A stretch of 64,000 nt of DNA from Octopus bimaculoides (lineage: Eukaryota): NCBI RefSeq assembly GCF_001194135.2, contig NC_068999.1, positions 17,757,572-17,821,571 on the forward strand, in the 5' to 3' direction. The notes under the pieces are model-generated. The model did no database searches, was not told where the DNA came from, and saw only the letters and a list, made by a program, of their open reading frames with translations. Made by a program: the position numbers and the translations under genes. This document shows, piece by piece, positions 25,772-40,689 of this stretch (the stretch's first letter is position 1; every line of letters begins with the position of its first letter).

Positions 25772-26377
25772 CTTTCCCGTATACTTTATCTTTCAGAACA
25801 CTAAAAACTCCACACTGGAATTCCATTTTGACTTCATACTCAATAATTTCTGGGTATTCATTTGTTCAATGAACTAAACTACCTACTCATTGAATAATAT
25901 ATCAGTGACTACAGATTCCATCGTCAAGCCCAACTTTAATGCAATTCACTGCTGATATTAACATGACAAAGCTGCGACCAGGTTACATTTTCCCATTGGA
26001 GGTACAATCAATCTAATGACTTCCGGACTACTTTTGTATCAGTTTCACTCACGAAACTTGCGTTGACTCAAAGCTACGTTAAGTTACTAACTCTCACCCA
26101 AGTTACCTCGAATTCTGAAACAACGCACTGTGTATACGACATTCGAAATGTCTGAAGAAATTCATTATTATTTTGTTTTACGTGCATTATTGGTAGCATA
26201 GGGTGAAACTATATAAATACTACCACGTCGGACACATAATTCATGTAAGGGATTTGTTTATGTGAAAGTAAAATATGTCAATAGGTACAAAGAAATGTTA
26301 GAAAAGTGTACTTTGTTGCAGATGACACAGTAGAGCATGTTGAGTCGAATAAAAATATTAAATATAGTAGCAAAAAT

Positions 26378-26536
26378 CACAAGCGTGGTTGTATGGTAAG
26401 AAGTTAGCTTCCTAACCACATAGTTCCGAGCTTAGCCGTACTTCGTGGCTCCTTGAGAAAGTGTCATTTACTACAACCTCGGCCCAACAAAGGACTTGTG
26501 AGAGGATTTGGCTGTTGGAAATTGAAAGAAGGCCGC

Positions 26537-26598
<62 letters not shown>

Positions 26599-26825
26599 GT
26601 GTGTATGTGTGTGTGTATCTTTGTGTCTTTGTTGCCCACCAGTGCTTGATAAACATTGTTGGTTTGTTTACGTCCCCCTAAACTGGCAGATCGGCAGACG
26701 ACACCTATAAAATACGCTAGAGGCTGTAAAAGTATACTGGGGTAAGTATTTTTGACTAAAAATTGTTCGAAGCAGTGCTCCAGCATGGCCGCAATCTAAG
26801 ATTGAAATAGGTGAAGAATAAGACA
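26378..26825 (+). mobile_element. Family B SINE
   Basis: Head GCGTGGTTGTATGGTAAGAAGTTAGCTTCCTAACCACATAG, CCTTGAGAAAGTGTCATTTACTACAACCTCGGCCC centre, internal (TA)n(TG)n, tail GCAGTGCTCCAGCATGGCCGCAATC. Confidence 0.85.
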
Positions 26826-28378
26826 TAAACGATATTAACAATATCATCTATTAATTGCACAACCAAAATATATGCTATATTTCTTATTGCAAAGTAGTTA
26901 TTATAGGCAGAACATTTACGTTAAAATATTAAGATATTTGCATAATGAGGAAGATATACGTTTCACCCGGTTACATTTGGACACATACATACATTTTGTC
27001 TCACTTAATACATTACAAGTGTGCCGTCTGATAAAATGACTGTCTTTTAACCGGTTTGAAAATTATAATTCATTCATTTTATTGTCTTTGAAATGAAAGT
27101 AACTTACGCTAGATCAAGTGTTACAGAATTTGCAAAAACTAGGTGATTTAAGATAATATATTGCTGTGGTAGTCTACACTTATTGCTATAATGTAGAACA
27201 TAATAACACTATGAATTGCAGCCAACACCGAGTTAAACAAGGTTTAAATTTGTACTCGATAAACCGCAACGACTAGCTTTGCATACAATTTCTAATGCGT
27301 TAGCCATCTCTGCTTTATATTTTACTCTCTATCATAGCAAATTTCTCTTCTCCTATTATTTCTCAATGTTTCTTTCTCATTCACAGTCTTTTTCCTTGAA
27401 TTGCTTTCCCTCCATGTATTCTACTCTCTTAGCATATCTATCCTGTCTCTATCATCGACACAACCCTCAAATGCTATGTAAATTATAAGGCAGTGAGTAC
27501 ATCCTCTTACATATACAGATACAATTTCCCGACACACAGAACATAGTAATGGGATACATAATTGTAAACACCCATAATCCTTCACTAGGGTATATAATTG
27601 TTTTAAATATTATAAACAAAACAACAAAATATTGTTCCTAAGCCAAGACAAAAGCGAAAGAAAAATAGGAAAATATTTCCATTTACTGATTCTTTTTTTG
27701 TTTTTTTCTTTATCACATTGCACGTGTTTCACTTCAACCGAAACACTATTATTAATCGTAAACGAAATCCAAATGTAACGCAGAGTTTGTGTTATATTTG
27801 TGAGAAAATTGTTTCAGATCGCTGTAGGTTTCCTTGAGTAGTCTATTCTATGTTTATATACAAAGAGATCTGGTTTAGCGCTAGTGAGATAAAAGTGAAA
27901 AATATTAGAGAGAATGTATGTCTTGCAGGTGATAATAGCTTCACTGAAAGATGCGTATAGAAACTGATTCAATCTGCTTTTACATACACAAACACATGCA
28001 CACGCTCACACCATCACACCATCGCATACATATATTTAGAGGTGCAGACGCACTGTATATTTATGCAAGTACATGTGTGTGTGTATGTGAGTGTTGCGTA
28101 TGTATGGCAATACACACACACACATAAAAAGACTCATACGTACTATGCCTTAGTCTCTGTGTATGTATATAAGTGCACAAGTGTGTCAGTATGAACGTGT
28201 GTGTGGTAAAACATTACAATTTAATTGGGGATAAATATTTAGACGAAAGGAAAAACATGTTGCACACATACATATACGGATAGTTTTATCATTGTTGTTA
28301 TATCAATCAATCAATCAATCACTATATAGTTTCTAATATATATTTATGTATTTACGTGTGTGTACGTATAACATATAT

Positions 28379-28414
<36 letters not shown>

Positions 28415-31400
28415 GGGGAGGGAGAAAGAAAGATAGAAAAACTGACTGATTGTATCTATCGGACTGATTATATCTATCTATCATGTCACCTCTTATAAGC
28501 GCATAGAATAAAAAAGTGTTTGGTCAATGTTTAAACATGTTCTATTAAAACAAATAATAGTCCAAATAAACGCATTTTGTCACGTCTACCCCTAATTTTC
28601 GAAGCCTTAACATACAAGGCACAAGCGACACACTCGTAATACAATCAATAAAATTCCAAAGGCTTTCAAAATATACGTTTATACAATTTTTTGAAATGTC
28701 TTTTTGTCTTTTTAAGAAAATGCAGCATTCAGAATTCTCGTGCTATGTTTATTGAAATTGCAGAACATTTTAAATGCTTTTTTGATGGTTTAAAATCATT
28801 AATATGGATATATGGGAATACATGTGACATATTACTTTAAGGGGAAATATTTTCTTCTGATCAATTATTTAACCACACATGAGCATAGAAAACGAGAGAA
28901 AGTTATCCACAAGGAGTTGTAGTAATTGCGAACTATTTCAAGGCAGCCTAGAGAAAATAGACATATGCCGATCCAAATAATATAGGTAAATGAAAAAGTG
29001 CTTTAGCTACCAATTCGAAATAAGAGAATACCTTCATTTCGGTGATTATACATTCAACACTGCTTCGAAAGTTTCTGAATGAAAAATCAAGTGCTATGCC
29101 ATAAAAAGGAACCATCGCTTCTATAGGAAAACGATCAAACTCTATATTTATTTATTGAGAAGTTAAATAGCAAGAAATAATATCCCGCACAACAAAAGGA
29201 TTCATTTGAGAGATTATCTCTTGAAATATGCACTAAAATGACATTGAAGAGGAGAAAATGATTAAATATAATTTTCTCATCATACGAAGTAAAAAAGAAG
29301 TTGAATGAAGAATGTAGTACAAAACAAATATAATAAAAGTTACGTTTTGAAAATATATTAAGAACACTTCACGTGCTTAGTGAAACTTTAAATGAATGCA
29401 GAAATGATATGATAATTATCATAGCCTGCATGATAAAACAACTAAGTTAAAATAATATAGTTGCTCCCAATGTAGGTTCCTTCGGTTAATTAAAGAGGGA
29501 AATCGAAAGCCAGTCAAGCAGAGTATTGTCAACACGGAAAATAAAGTCGTCACACATATGTTTAATGGATATATTAGTAGATAGATCTCTTCTGCAATAT
29601 TAAATGCCTCCTAACCTATCTCAAGTGATACTACAAATATATATGATAAAGAGTCCTGGGGAATTAATATAGTTTGTTTTTATCTGGGCACAAATTTGAA
29701 TAGAAGAACGTCAGCAGCCAGGTTGTAGTTGGTGCAACAAAAACATTGTCACCAAACAATAATTATCTATGTGTAATTAGTGTAATTAATATTCTTTGCG
29801 CATTTTGGCATAGACAATATGTGGCTCCGACGCTTGAAAGCTTCTCACAGTTTCACTCATAAATCTAATCTAGATTTAACAAAAAACTGTGAAATATAAT
29901 TGATAATATGATATATTGTAAAATTAAACGGAATTTGAAATACGATATTACGAAGTATCACGTCAACTGCTGAAAAAATTACGGTATACATCAGTTTTAT
30001 TTGCAAAATTGAGAAAAGTGAAAACAGCTCAAGAATACCCAAGAGATAAATAAAGACAATGGTGAGTCGGAGGTTGAAATGTTCATTTATCGAGGGAGTA
30101 TACCAAACTTTTCGACTAGGATCGGTAAAGATTCGTAATAAAAAACTTAATTCTTAATTGTCTGGCTTCTTTGCCTTAATCGCAATTAGATATATAAAGA
30201 GAAATAGCATGACTAGCGGTTTTACTCACATGAAACAGTAATAATATTTTGAATAAAAGAGATAAATGATATTCAACAAACGCACAGCGAAATACATTGT
30301 TGTGTATAACAAAGATGTTCACAATCCGAGAGATGTTGCTTATCGCATACTGATTGCTAACTGAATCAGTATCGCAGGTTATAGTAGCTTTTCGAACTGA
30401 ACTCACAGACTACTAAAGCAGGAATTCTGAACGAATTATGCTTGATGTTTTCCCATCATTCGTGCCAGCATCTCGCTTAAGTTCGATTCCTGGCAGCTCG
30501 AAACGGTTATAATTTAAACTGAATAAGCAACAATGTTTCTATATATCTTCACATTCTCAGAAAAGGCAACGAACTGAGACCTCAGATAAATGCTTATACT
30601 TCACACATGAACCCATCTCTAACAATCTTTCTAACAAATCTATTTGCAGATGAAAATTACCACATGTCTCTATGGATTCTAGATTTTGCTATTTTCTCTC
30701 TTCCTCTCACTCCAATAACAGATTTTTCTAAAGTCTAATCGTTATAAATGCCATTCACAAGTTGAAAGCACACTATCAGGGAGAAACAAAATTCAGACAG
30801 TGAGCCTACTAAAAACTCTAAATGTATTCTGTAATGAAAACCAAGTGATTATGGGATTAGACATAAGTGCCAACACTAATCTAAGAGCCAAATTAAATTA
30901 AACTCAAAATATTAATTTAGGTTTAGACGCTGAGTCTAAGTATTAGAATAGCATCACAGTTATAATTAATTAGGATAGCAGCAACTCGCTTTAAAAATAT
31001 AAGAACGTGGAAAAATCTATTATATATAATATTGCTGAAAATGAAACAAACGAAAGTGCATACTTAATAAAATACAATAAGCGTACCTCGTGCAGTCGTA
31101 TGTAAAGAAGTTAAAAATAAATTGAATTCAGGATTTTCTATAGAAAGGAAACTAGAAATTGCAATACAAATTATGATATACATAGAGTGAAGTCAGTAAT
31201 GAATACCATAACAGATCAATTGCAAAGTAACCGTATATTTTCCTAACGATATATAAAAAACACCCAAATTACCTGATTAATACTAGATAAAATAGAAATC
31301 AATGTCTTACTTCATATATATACATACACATACATATATAAAAATATATAGACGCATATACATAGACATATATATATACGCATACACATATATTTATACA

Positions 31401-32336
31401 CAAGCACACACATCCATATATATTAAAGATTAATAGAGAAGATGGAGTGTACCAAAAGGAAATGTATTATCACGACAATTGTTTCGTTTTCATGATGCAA
31501 TGCTCCGTAGTAGGCGAGGAACGGTCACCTCCATGCCCACTAGGGCATTATGAAGATGAAATGATCGTTGTGATAAGAAATTGCTTTATGGTACACTCCG
31601 TCTTCCCTGTTAACCTTTGATATGTATACCCTATATGCACTCTGGAATTCTTGGAAGTTGACCCAATGGTGAATGCAAAGTATCGCTGATGATGCCTTGT
31701 AGCAATAAGTGGTGAATGTGTTCGGCGGACACACGACTTACCCCGAAACAAGATTTGTATACTGCGTTTAACGCATGCTTTCTTAATCCTTAATCTTTTA
31801 ACTTTAGAATCAACTTTGATATATATATATTGATCAACAAACAAATCGAACCACGAAAGTTGGTTATTTTTTAATAGAAAACATGACATAGCATTTCTTA
31901 CGGCCGTTTCCGCTTCTAGTGTTAGTCGGTACCTACGAAAGAAATTCCGAAAATATTATTCGTCATCTTCATAGCACATTCGATCTAGTACATGCAGCTT
32001 CATCAGAGTGAGTACAAATACCTAAAATAAAATAAACGAAGGGAAGAGGGAATAGGAAAGAACAGGGCCTCGAAAAATAACCAGAATTCGCAATATATTA
32101 AACTCATACCATCTTGCAGCGTGGAGGTTTGAAGTCGATAGGCAAAAGTGTGAACTAGCAGTGGTCTAGGGAAATATTTAAGGGTTATTTCTATATAAAG
32201 GGGAACTAGGTTGTTTGAATAGAAGTGAAATGAAGTTAGTACAAAAATAAGACAAGACTTACCAATATGTCTAGAAAGATAATAATACTTCTGATATCGT
32301 GAATAGTGCTAGTTAATAGTTATCCAAAACCAAAAC

Positions 32337-32460
32337 CGTAGGGCCCTTATAATGGTGTAGGGTTCTTATAATGGCCAGAGTCTATCCAACCGTAGGGCTT
32401 TTATAATGGCCAGAGTCTATCCAACCATTGGGCTCTTATAATGGCCAGAGTCTATCCATC
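32337..32460. repeat. 35-bp minisatellite, about 3.6 copies
   Basis: Unit CGTAGGGCTTTTATAATGGCCAGAGTCTATCCAAC; TTATAATGGCCAGAGTCTATCCA is identical in three copies; the first copy is truncated to 20 bp. Confidence 0.92.
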
Positions 32461-33869
32461 TCTACAATTGGTCAATTATATTTGAACCAAGGGCAAAAGT
32501 TAAAACCTTTGCAGTAGATATGTAAATAAAGAAAACGAACGAGTGAATAAAGGGTATTGGGGAGAAGACTGTCATATCAGTGGCCTTCTGCAACTTCTCA
32601 ACATAAATAGGAATAAATAAATAGAAAAAAATACTATCAGTCAAACTGGTGTAATTTTTTTTATAGTTAAAGGGGAGACAACTAGTACAAGAGGTGCATG
32701 CGATTGGAATTACCTACAAAAAACAATAATGCTGCATCTTATGTCCTCGATAGCCAGTAAAATTACAGGTGGTGGTAATAATAGACGAACAAGTAAATGT
32801 ATGCACCTACCTAAGTAAATTCTGCCCCATAGGTTAGGAGATATGTTATGAGACAAAAGCACAAACCCACAAACACTTAAGCGATTCAAATTTGAAATTA
32901 AAACACATGCTAATTATTACCATGGTTACAAAGTGCATGTCCCAACGCATTTTACTAAATCTTTGTTAATATATATTATATTATGATGAAAGTTAGATTG
33001 ATCATGTCAATAAAATTATTTAATTACATTAACCCTTACATGGGTGCAGACATACTGGATCTACCACCAAATTATATTTTCCTTCGTACATAGTGAACAC
33101 AAATGTACTAATATCTCCTGGGAAGTCAGCTTCTGCAGTGTCCAAGTACCAATGTGGTTCAGTTTGTTCATTGATCAAAATTTTCTCCATATTCTGATTT
33201 GATTATGTAAATGTGACTCCTGATAAATATATGCATATANNNNNNNNNNNNNNNNNNNNNNNNNNNNNNNNNNNNNNNNNNNNNNNNNNNNNNNNNNNNN
33301 NNNNNNNNNNNNNNNNNNNNNNNNNNNNNNNNNNNNNNNNNNNNNNNNNNNNNNNNNNNNNNNNNNNNNNNNNNNNNNNNNNNNNNNNNNNNNNNNNNNN
33401 NNNNNNNNNNNNNNNNNNNNNNNNNNNNNNNNNNNNNNNNNNNNNNNTATATATATATATATTAGTACACACACACATACATCATACAAGTTACATATAT
33501 CAAATATAAGAGAACACATGACAACTAGTTATGGACATTAAACTAAATATCATTCCCATTTATAATGAACTTGTCAATCTATTTTTATGATAGATTTCAA
33601 AATCATCGTTTTTAAGTCCATACTTTTATCTTCAGATACTGAATGGCGGGTGAATGCAATAAATCAATTAAAATTTATAAGGTAGTACATAGGATTGTCG
33701 GCTAAACTGTGTTAGATGGTAGGCGTTCAGATTTAAAGCACTTTTCAAAATTGTATTAACTATTGATTGACAAGTATATTATAAACGAAACATCATTTAC
33801 GCGCGTCCGGCTTACAAAGTGTTTATCTTTCCACGTGGAATTACACACACATAAAAAACACAGACATAG

Positions 33870-33906
<37 letters not shown>

Positions 33907-34514
33907 CACATTCGCACACACATATATGTGTGTGCGCTTCTTTGTGTTTGTGCGTTAATGAGTGTAATCAATAAGTTAGTTTACTAGGATGTAACTACGC
34001 CGGGGAAAATTACACAAAAGTAACAGCAACATAGATACATGAAAGGCGAAATTCAAAGTGGGGAAAAAAAGGGAAGAAAATAATAAACTGAAACTCGAAA
34101 ACGGAGATAAATACCGCCCCTTCGCTTTCACTCTGCTGATATTCTGAATGAGGCGAAGTGATAACCAGCACAATAATTTATGAAACAGAATGAGTGATTT
34201 TAGCTCGGATACACAAAACTGTGACACAGAGGCTGTAAAGACCAAGTATTCCCAATATAAAGGACACATGATTGAAGTATAAATTTTGTTATTTGATGTA
34301 CTAAAAACAATGGCTAAATAACTGATGAATTGTGATTTACAGTAAAGAAGTGAGAAATTCTTTAGTTAATAGAGATTCTCGTAAAGACACGGAAGAGTCT
34401 TGATTGGAATCCATTTGATCATTTCTGATGGTAGGTCTACGATTTAGCAGTTGCAGCAACGAAACAAAGCTTACAAAAAATAAAATGCAACAACAATATG
34501 GTAAACACTAATGC

Positions 34515-34640
34515 ACGTGGTTAAGCATGATTGTAAAGAAAATTTTAGGATCAGTTTCATTGCGTGATTCCTCGGACGTTAGTCTTGTATCATAATCCCG
34601 ACAAAACTATACCTTAAGCGAACTTGTTGGCCTGAAAGAG
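34515..34640 (+). mobile_element. Highly degraded family B head
   Basis: GTGGTTAAG...GGATCAGTTTCATTGCGTGATTCCTCGGACG...CTGAAAGAG followed by (TG)n, in family B order. Confidence 0.35.
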
Positions 34641-35480
34641 AATGTGTGTGTGTGTGTGTGTGTGAGCGCGCGCGCATGTATGTGTGTGTTCGGACGTGTG
34701 TGTATTTCATTTGACCCAAATATCGTTTTACAACCCGAGTTGATTTTTTACTTCCGCGTCATTTTGTATTTCGGAAAATTGAGTGAGTTTAATAAACGTC
34801 CTTTCTTAAAAGAAGTCCTGGAATCGATTTTATCCAGTAAGCCATTCAGGACGATGTTTCAAGTTGGATTCGAATGAAATTAGTTAACTTATATTCGATA
34901 AAAACATTAAAAGAATTGTGAGGTCAGAAATGACGTCTGTAAAATCTATTATGATGACAAGAATGTTAACCGTGTTCTCCACTTTGATTATGACGCAAAT
35001 AAACAAAGAAAAAAATTATATAATACTTATGTCTCGTGCAAAAATTAAATTTTGTTATATAGCAGATTCTTGTAATTTCAGCTTCAAAATTATGGAGAAG
35101 ATTCCATTTTGTAAACTTGGAAGGAGAGATATGCCTAGAATTCTATCTTGAGCAAATCCATTAGTAAGCCGTCTAACGTGTTTCAAACAGCTATAAGGAA
35201 ATAAAACATACTTTACATCATTTGCTGCAGAATCTAGAAATAGAGTGCGCCCCATCCAAAACAGCAGCCTACCGTCATAAAATACAATACATTTTGAATT
35301 TGAATCAGGGCACTGTATGCTCGAAATAAAATATCAAATTAAAATATAAAGCGATGGAAATAGTGATACGTGTACACGATTCAGTTGATGTCTGGATGAA
35401 GGTGAACAGCAACAAGAAGGGTAGGAAATAATATAAGGAATAATATGTAGATAAAACTGATGGACGGAAAAAGTTGTATT

Positions 35481-35518
<38 letters not shown>

Positions 35519-36832
35519 AAAGAGAGAGAATAGCAAAATGCAGCTTAGCACAATGAAAGTAGAACATATTCAAAACAAAATATTTTAGATATTTACTGGG
35601 ACTGCCTCGAAAAATATCAACGTATGCTGAGACTGGCTTATGCAGGAAACGAAACATTACATATTGCCTTGCCAAAATGGCTTCATCCACTGAAGTGTCT
35701 TCACAGACAACACTGACGCAGAGCGTAATGCCAGTTTTGTAGTGGTTTTGCATCTTACGTATACTGAGGATCCTTTCCCTTCGTATTTCCTCTCTAAAAT
35801 GCTGAATTCTCAATAGATTCTTGTATCTAACCGTCGTTAATGTTATTTATTTTGGCATTGGTAACGTTCAGAAACGCATATATATACGAATTTGTGTGTG
35901 TGTGTGTATGTGTGTGTTTGTGTATGTGTGTGTGTGTGTGTGCGTTTGTATGTATACATGCATACGTATACCTATGCATATGTGTGTGTTTGTGTGTGCG
36001 TGTGTGTGTATGTGTGCTTTCACGTGTCTATGTAATCTGAATGGGACGTGACTATTGGACTTAGTGGATGCTGAGTGATTTCTATCATTCATTTAATCAA
36101 TATTAAGAGAATTGCGGTGCCTCGACTAAACAAAGTTACAGCATCTTAACAGCTGTCCTATGAGACTGACAGATAGCGAAATATGAAGACAAAGGTAGAC
36201 AAAGAAGGAAAGACAGAGAGTGAATACATTATGATACAGAGAGTAGAAAATTGTCTCGTGAAAGCTGTCTTTAAATAGAAACAAAATCTTAGCATTTGCA
36301 TAGTCTATATACAAACTAAGTCCTGATTGGTAGGATATGCAGGCGAGGCTAGAATGAATTTTCTAATAAGACAGACCACATTATTCGAAAGTTTGCTGTG
36401 ACACCAGAATAAAGAATATATGAACGATGTAGAAAATTTTACAAAACGAAGTTTCTGCAGCTGATTATCTCAAGGTAAACCATTCTCCTGAAAGAACACT
36501 TCCCTGTTGATTAAACATTAGTAGCACTAGATGTCATTGCTATGTATGAAAATAGACCGGTAGGAGTAAAACAGATTCTAAATTAATATTTGTCTTGGCT
36601 GAGAAATGTGATTTTGTAATCTAAGTAAACAACATTTTTAAATGGCTCTGCGATGTTTCATGAGACTTTTAATACAAAACAGAAATATCTACTTATACAT
36701 ACTCACGAACAATCACACATACAGACAAACATACATGAAATGCAGACGAGACGGAAAGAGATCAATACCACTCTTGCTGGATTTGCTAGCAATAAAATTC
36801 TTTTTCTACAATAGACACAACGCTCTAAATTA

Positions 36833-37009
36833 TTTCGTGGGGTGGATATTCGATTAGATCGACGTGAACACTTGAGTAGTCGATACTTCATCTACCCCGA
36901 ACGTATTAAAGGTAAAACCAAGCTCGATGGAAATTGAACTCAAATTTTTGAAGACGGACGAAATGCTATTATGCTTTTTGTCAGGCGTGCTAAAGATTCT
37001 GCCAGCTCA
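36833..37009 (-). mobile_element. Family A SINE, diverged (tandem with the next)
   Basis: Reverse-complement head TGAGCTGGCAGAATCTTTAGCACGCCTGAC; B-box-like GAGTTCAATTTCC. Confidence 0.7.
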
Positions 37010-37031
37010 ACAATATTGCTATTAATATTGA

Positions 37032-37238
37032 TTTCAAATTTTGGCACGTCACCCGCAATTTCGGGAACGGTTAAGTCGATGACATCAACCCCTGTTTTCT
37101 GGTACTTATTTTATTGACCTCCAAAGAATGAAAAGCAAAATGGTCCTCGGCGGATTTTGAACTCAGAACGTAAGGACGGGCGAAACGCCGCTAAGCATTT
37201 CACCCGGTGTGCAAACGATTCTACCGGGCCGCCGCCTT
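37032..37238 (-). mobile_element. Family A SINE
   Basis: Reverse complement AAGGCGGCGGCCCGGTAGAATCGTTTGCACACCGGGTGAAATGCTTAGCGGCGTTTCG...TTCTGAGTTCAAAATCCGCCGAGG. Confidence 0.85.
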
Positions 37239-40200
37239 AATATCGTTACTAATGTTGCCAGCGTATTTCTAAAATTATCAGAATTGAAAACAAATTTGCA
37301 GCAATTGGTTGAAAATACACAACGATTTTTATAACGATGTTTAACTTCATATTTCTTGTGTTATCCTCCCGTCGATTGATTTACCTGTTAGAACTGCCCA
37401 ATTTACCCCCCAAATCTCAGACTACCATCTTAGGACAAATATAGTCTCGGTGTAAGCATAAAAGCATTTCAGGTTAAAAGTTTGAGCAATGAAAATCGTT
37501 GTCCATATTGAGTTGAACGTTCAAGATTTCGAAAGTGCATATTTATTAAGGCACATTTAAGGCTACGGATCTTTGATCAACTCAAAATAACTCATGATTT
37601 TATTTCTTTTATCTTAGGTTAGTTAAGAATATATATTATCAACTAAGTATTATTTCGGATGCTTCGTCCTTTTAAAATATATGAAAAAGAATGGGCTCCC
37701 ATTTAATACACCACGTAGCCGCGAGTCCGTAGAAATAGTGTCGTGTTATTTATGGGAACTCAATAACACATCAGGGTTTATTGTAAATACATAATATTTT
37801 TAAAAAAACGTTAGTTATTTAACATAATACATAACATGAAAACTATTATGTTTTGACTAGGTTGCGGAAATTACGAATGACACCCAGAACATCGTTTACG
37901 AAACATATATAGCATCTTTGAAACTGCTTTCTTACATTAGGAGAAAAACTGCATTCGCATGAAAAAAATTTAGCTGTTTGTGTTTTACGAATCTTGCGAG
38001 AATATTTTTCATGACTCATACGTAAATCCACAGAAATATATTTCTCTCGTGTTGGTAAATCTAAGTTGACACCTTCAAATTTTTAAGTCAATCCGAGTAA
38101 ACTAGTAGTATTCTGAGTCACTATATATCAATTGAAAGGGATCATGCATCGGAATATGTATTGTGCATTAAATAACATGCTATGTCTAAAGTTCCGGATA
38201 GAAAACTTTCCTAAAGTGTTAACTATTTTTTTGTGAGGTACCTACTATTGCATAACAACAAATAAAGGCAATATAACAACAGTAATTTTTTTTTTTTCAT
38301 CTGGGAAAGGGCTGTACCCGAAAGGTTAACATTTTCTTCCTCACTGCAAGAAATATTTATAAACTTCCAACCAGCTTTATTTAAAACACATTTCAAATAG
38401 GGTATTTCAAACAGGGTATTTCAAATACTTTCTAATATGGCACAAGATATTTGAAATTCCTTCTCTTCTCTATCTTGAAAAAGTATCGTTTGTTCGAATC
38501 GTTGATTATTGTTCTTTACAAGTAAAAATACGTTCACATTACCTACACTATTCGTGGGATTTTCTGCTGGTTAGAAAAATTTATGTTATTATCAAAAACG
38601 GAAGACGGTTGAAGTCAAATATAAAACGAACTATAAGGCCGAAATCATTGAAGGCAAGGATGGTGATATGAAATATGTCGTCTATTGTTTCTAAGTTGGA
38701 AATGAATTTATTCTCTTTGTATACTAATGTCAATCTCAACTAAAATTTAAAATGCGCTACTAAATTAGCTAGGCTTATTTATTAAATTAAACGAGTTAAT
38801 AGAGATCAAAGAAATATACTTATTTTCGAAATCATAATTTTGCATATGAAATCAATATTGAATGTGATAGAAGCCATCGCGATAATTCAATTCTGAATTT
38901 GTAGGGAAGACTCTTACATTGTCAGACACCCACTTAAAATTAAAAAAAAGAAGCAGCGGAATTTAATCTAATAGAACCATACTGTCTTAAAAAAGATAAA
39001 GATGTATACATTATACAATTTTCTAACATTGGAATACTAGGTTTAAAAAGTGATTACTGTAGCAGAAATGCTGATCATAAGTATATTTAATCAGGGAACT
39101 ACACAATAACAGGTACAGTTCTATGAAGTAAGAGAAAGGAACTGCTCATAATATGTTTCCACGGAACAAAATGTATTTTACCACAGTAGAATAATATTTC
39201 GAACGTAAACAGAGAAGCTACAATTAATTAATTCACTTGTTTCGTGGAAAAATGTTGTGTTGAAACAGAGATCAGATTTAAATAGCTCTGAATGGTAAAT
39301 CAGTGAACAAAGCACTTTTCTGCATCTCTCCGCCTCTCTCTCTCCCCTTCTCTCTCTTCCTTCACTTCTTTCTCTGTCTTCCACCTCTGTCTCTCCCTCA
39401 CTCGCGCCATTGGTATTCAAATCTTTAAAATCGACTTTCCATCATTTATACGTTACTAGTTCTCTATTGTAGCTTTGAGGACTGGGTTGTCTCATTGGAT
39501 AATATATATATATAATCGATTACACTTTTTGGATTGGAAAATAATATAGACAGCAGTATTTTGCTTTACTGTATCTAATTTGCTACCTAACGATTTTTTC
39601 ATCAAATCCCAAATGGGTTGACTTACCCTTTTATGTCAGATGAGATAATATAATAAACCGTGTAGTAATTTACTCGTATCAAGTCAATGGATCAATAGCT
39701 TCTAACTAAAAGTTTATTTCACCCAGCAAAACTAATCAATATAATCGGTTAACTCAAAAATAAAGCCATGGCATCCGCTGTTTGCCTAGCAGCCCTATTC
39801 TTCTTAAATTACCAAATGATTTTTGTCTTCTTCTATGGATTTTATCTACTTTATCTTGAATTTGTTATTTGTTTCGATCACGTGTTTGTATGACATAAGT
39901 GTACATGTATTTCCTACGCTTCAAGGAAAGTTGTTTTAATGCAGAGAGTAGCCATATGATCAAATATAATGCATTTTAAGAATCGTTGGATTTTAGTCTT
40001 GAAATTATCATCGATTATATATAAACTGTGTGTGGTAAGTGTTTAAAATGAGTAAATACAAAAAAGAAATTTAGGATGATTTAATAAAAAAAAATACTTG
40101 AAATAAAACTTCTAATATTTTTTGTATTTTTAATTTATTTTCCTCTCTTAACGAAAAGCTTTTATCTACAGATTGATCAGATAAGGAAGGACAAGACCAA

Positions 40201-40689
40201 TAATATTTTTAAGAAGACTCTCGTGTCTTGGAAGGAGAAAGGGTTACATAATTTCTTTTCCTGACATGAGACATACAGTTCGAATGCTTTCAACAGTATG
40301 AAATCCTCTAAAGGCGATTCCTGTTTAATCGAATGATGGATTAATCCTATAACCAGAGACGAAATAACATTCATCTGGCAGACACCAATACCATTTCTGT
40401 GCTCAAAATTCACTTCCCAGTATTGACTCGGTACGACTTTGCAGTTTGTGCCCTGAGAGTTTGATGTTATGTACTTAGCCACAGCAATATCACTGCGACA
40501 GTATTATGAAATAGAATAGGTATTTCAATTTATTGTTTTTGTCTTTATTACTGTTGATGGCCTTAATATAATTGCTTCAGACTTAGGTACAATGCAAGCT
40601 ATTTTTTTAGTCGATTATATAGTAATCAGTATTTGATAAGTATATTAATTTATAGAATGAGATGTCATATTTAACTCCAAATCAACTGT

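Noticed and set aside
31500-32021. GC-richer segment with strong minus-strand splice-like sites (acceptor near 32022, donor at 31736-31741)
   Set aside because: All frames stop within about 22 codons of the acceptor and no recognisable peptide results; a non-coding exon cannot be supported from sequence alone.
33029-33037. TTAACCCTT, a piggyBac-like terminus
   Set aside because: No matching opposite terminus found nearby.
35082-35163. Plus-strand candidate exon SKLWRRFHFVNLEGEICLEFYLEQIH with an F-box-like LWRR
   Set aside because: Four-residue resemblance only, no upstream F-box exon found, and no frame-compatible partner identified.
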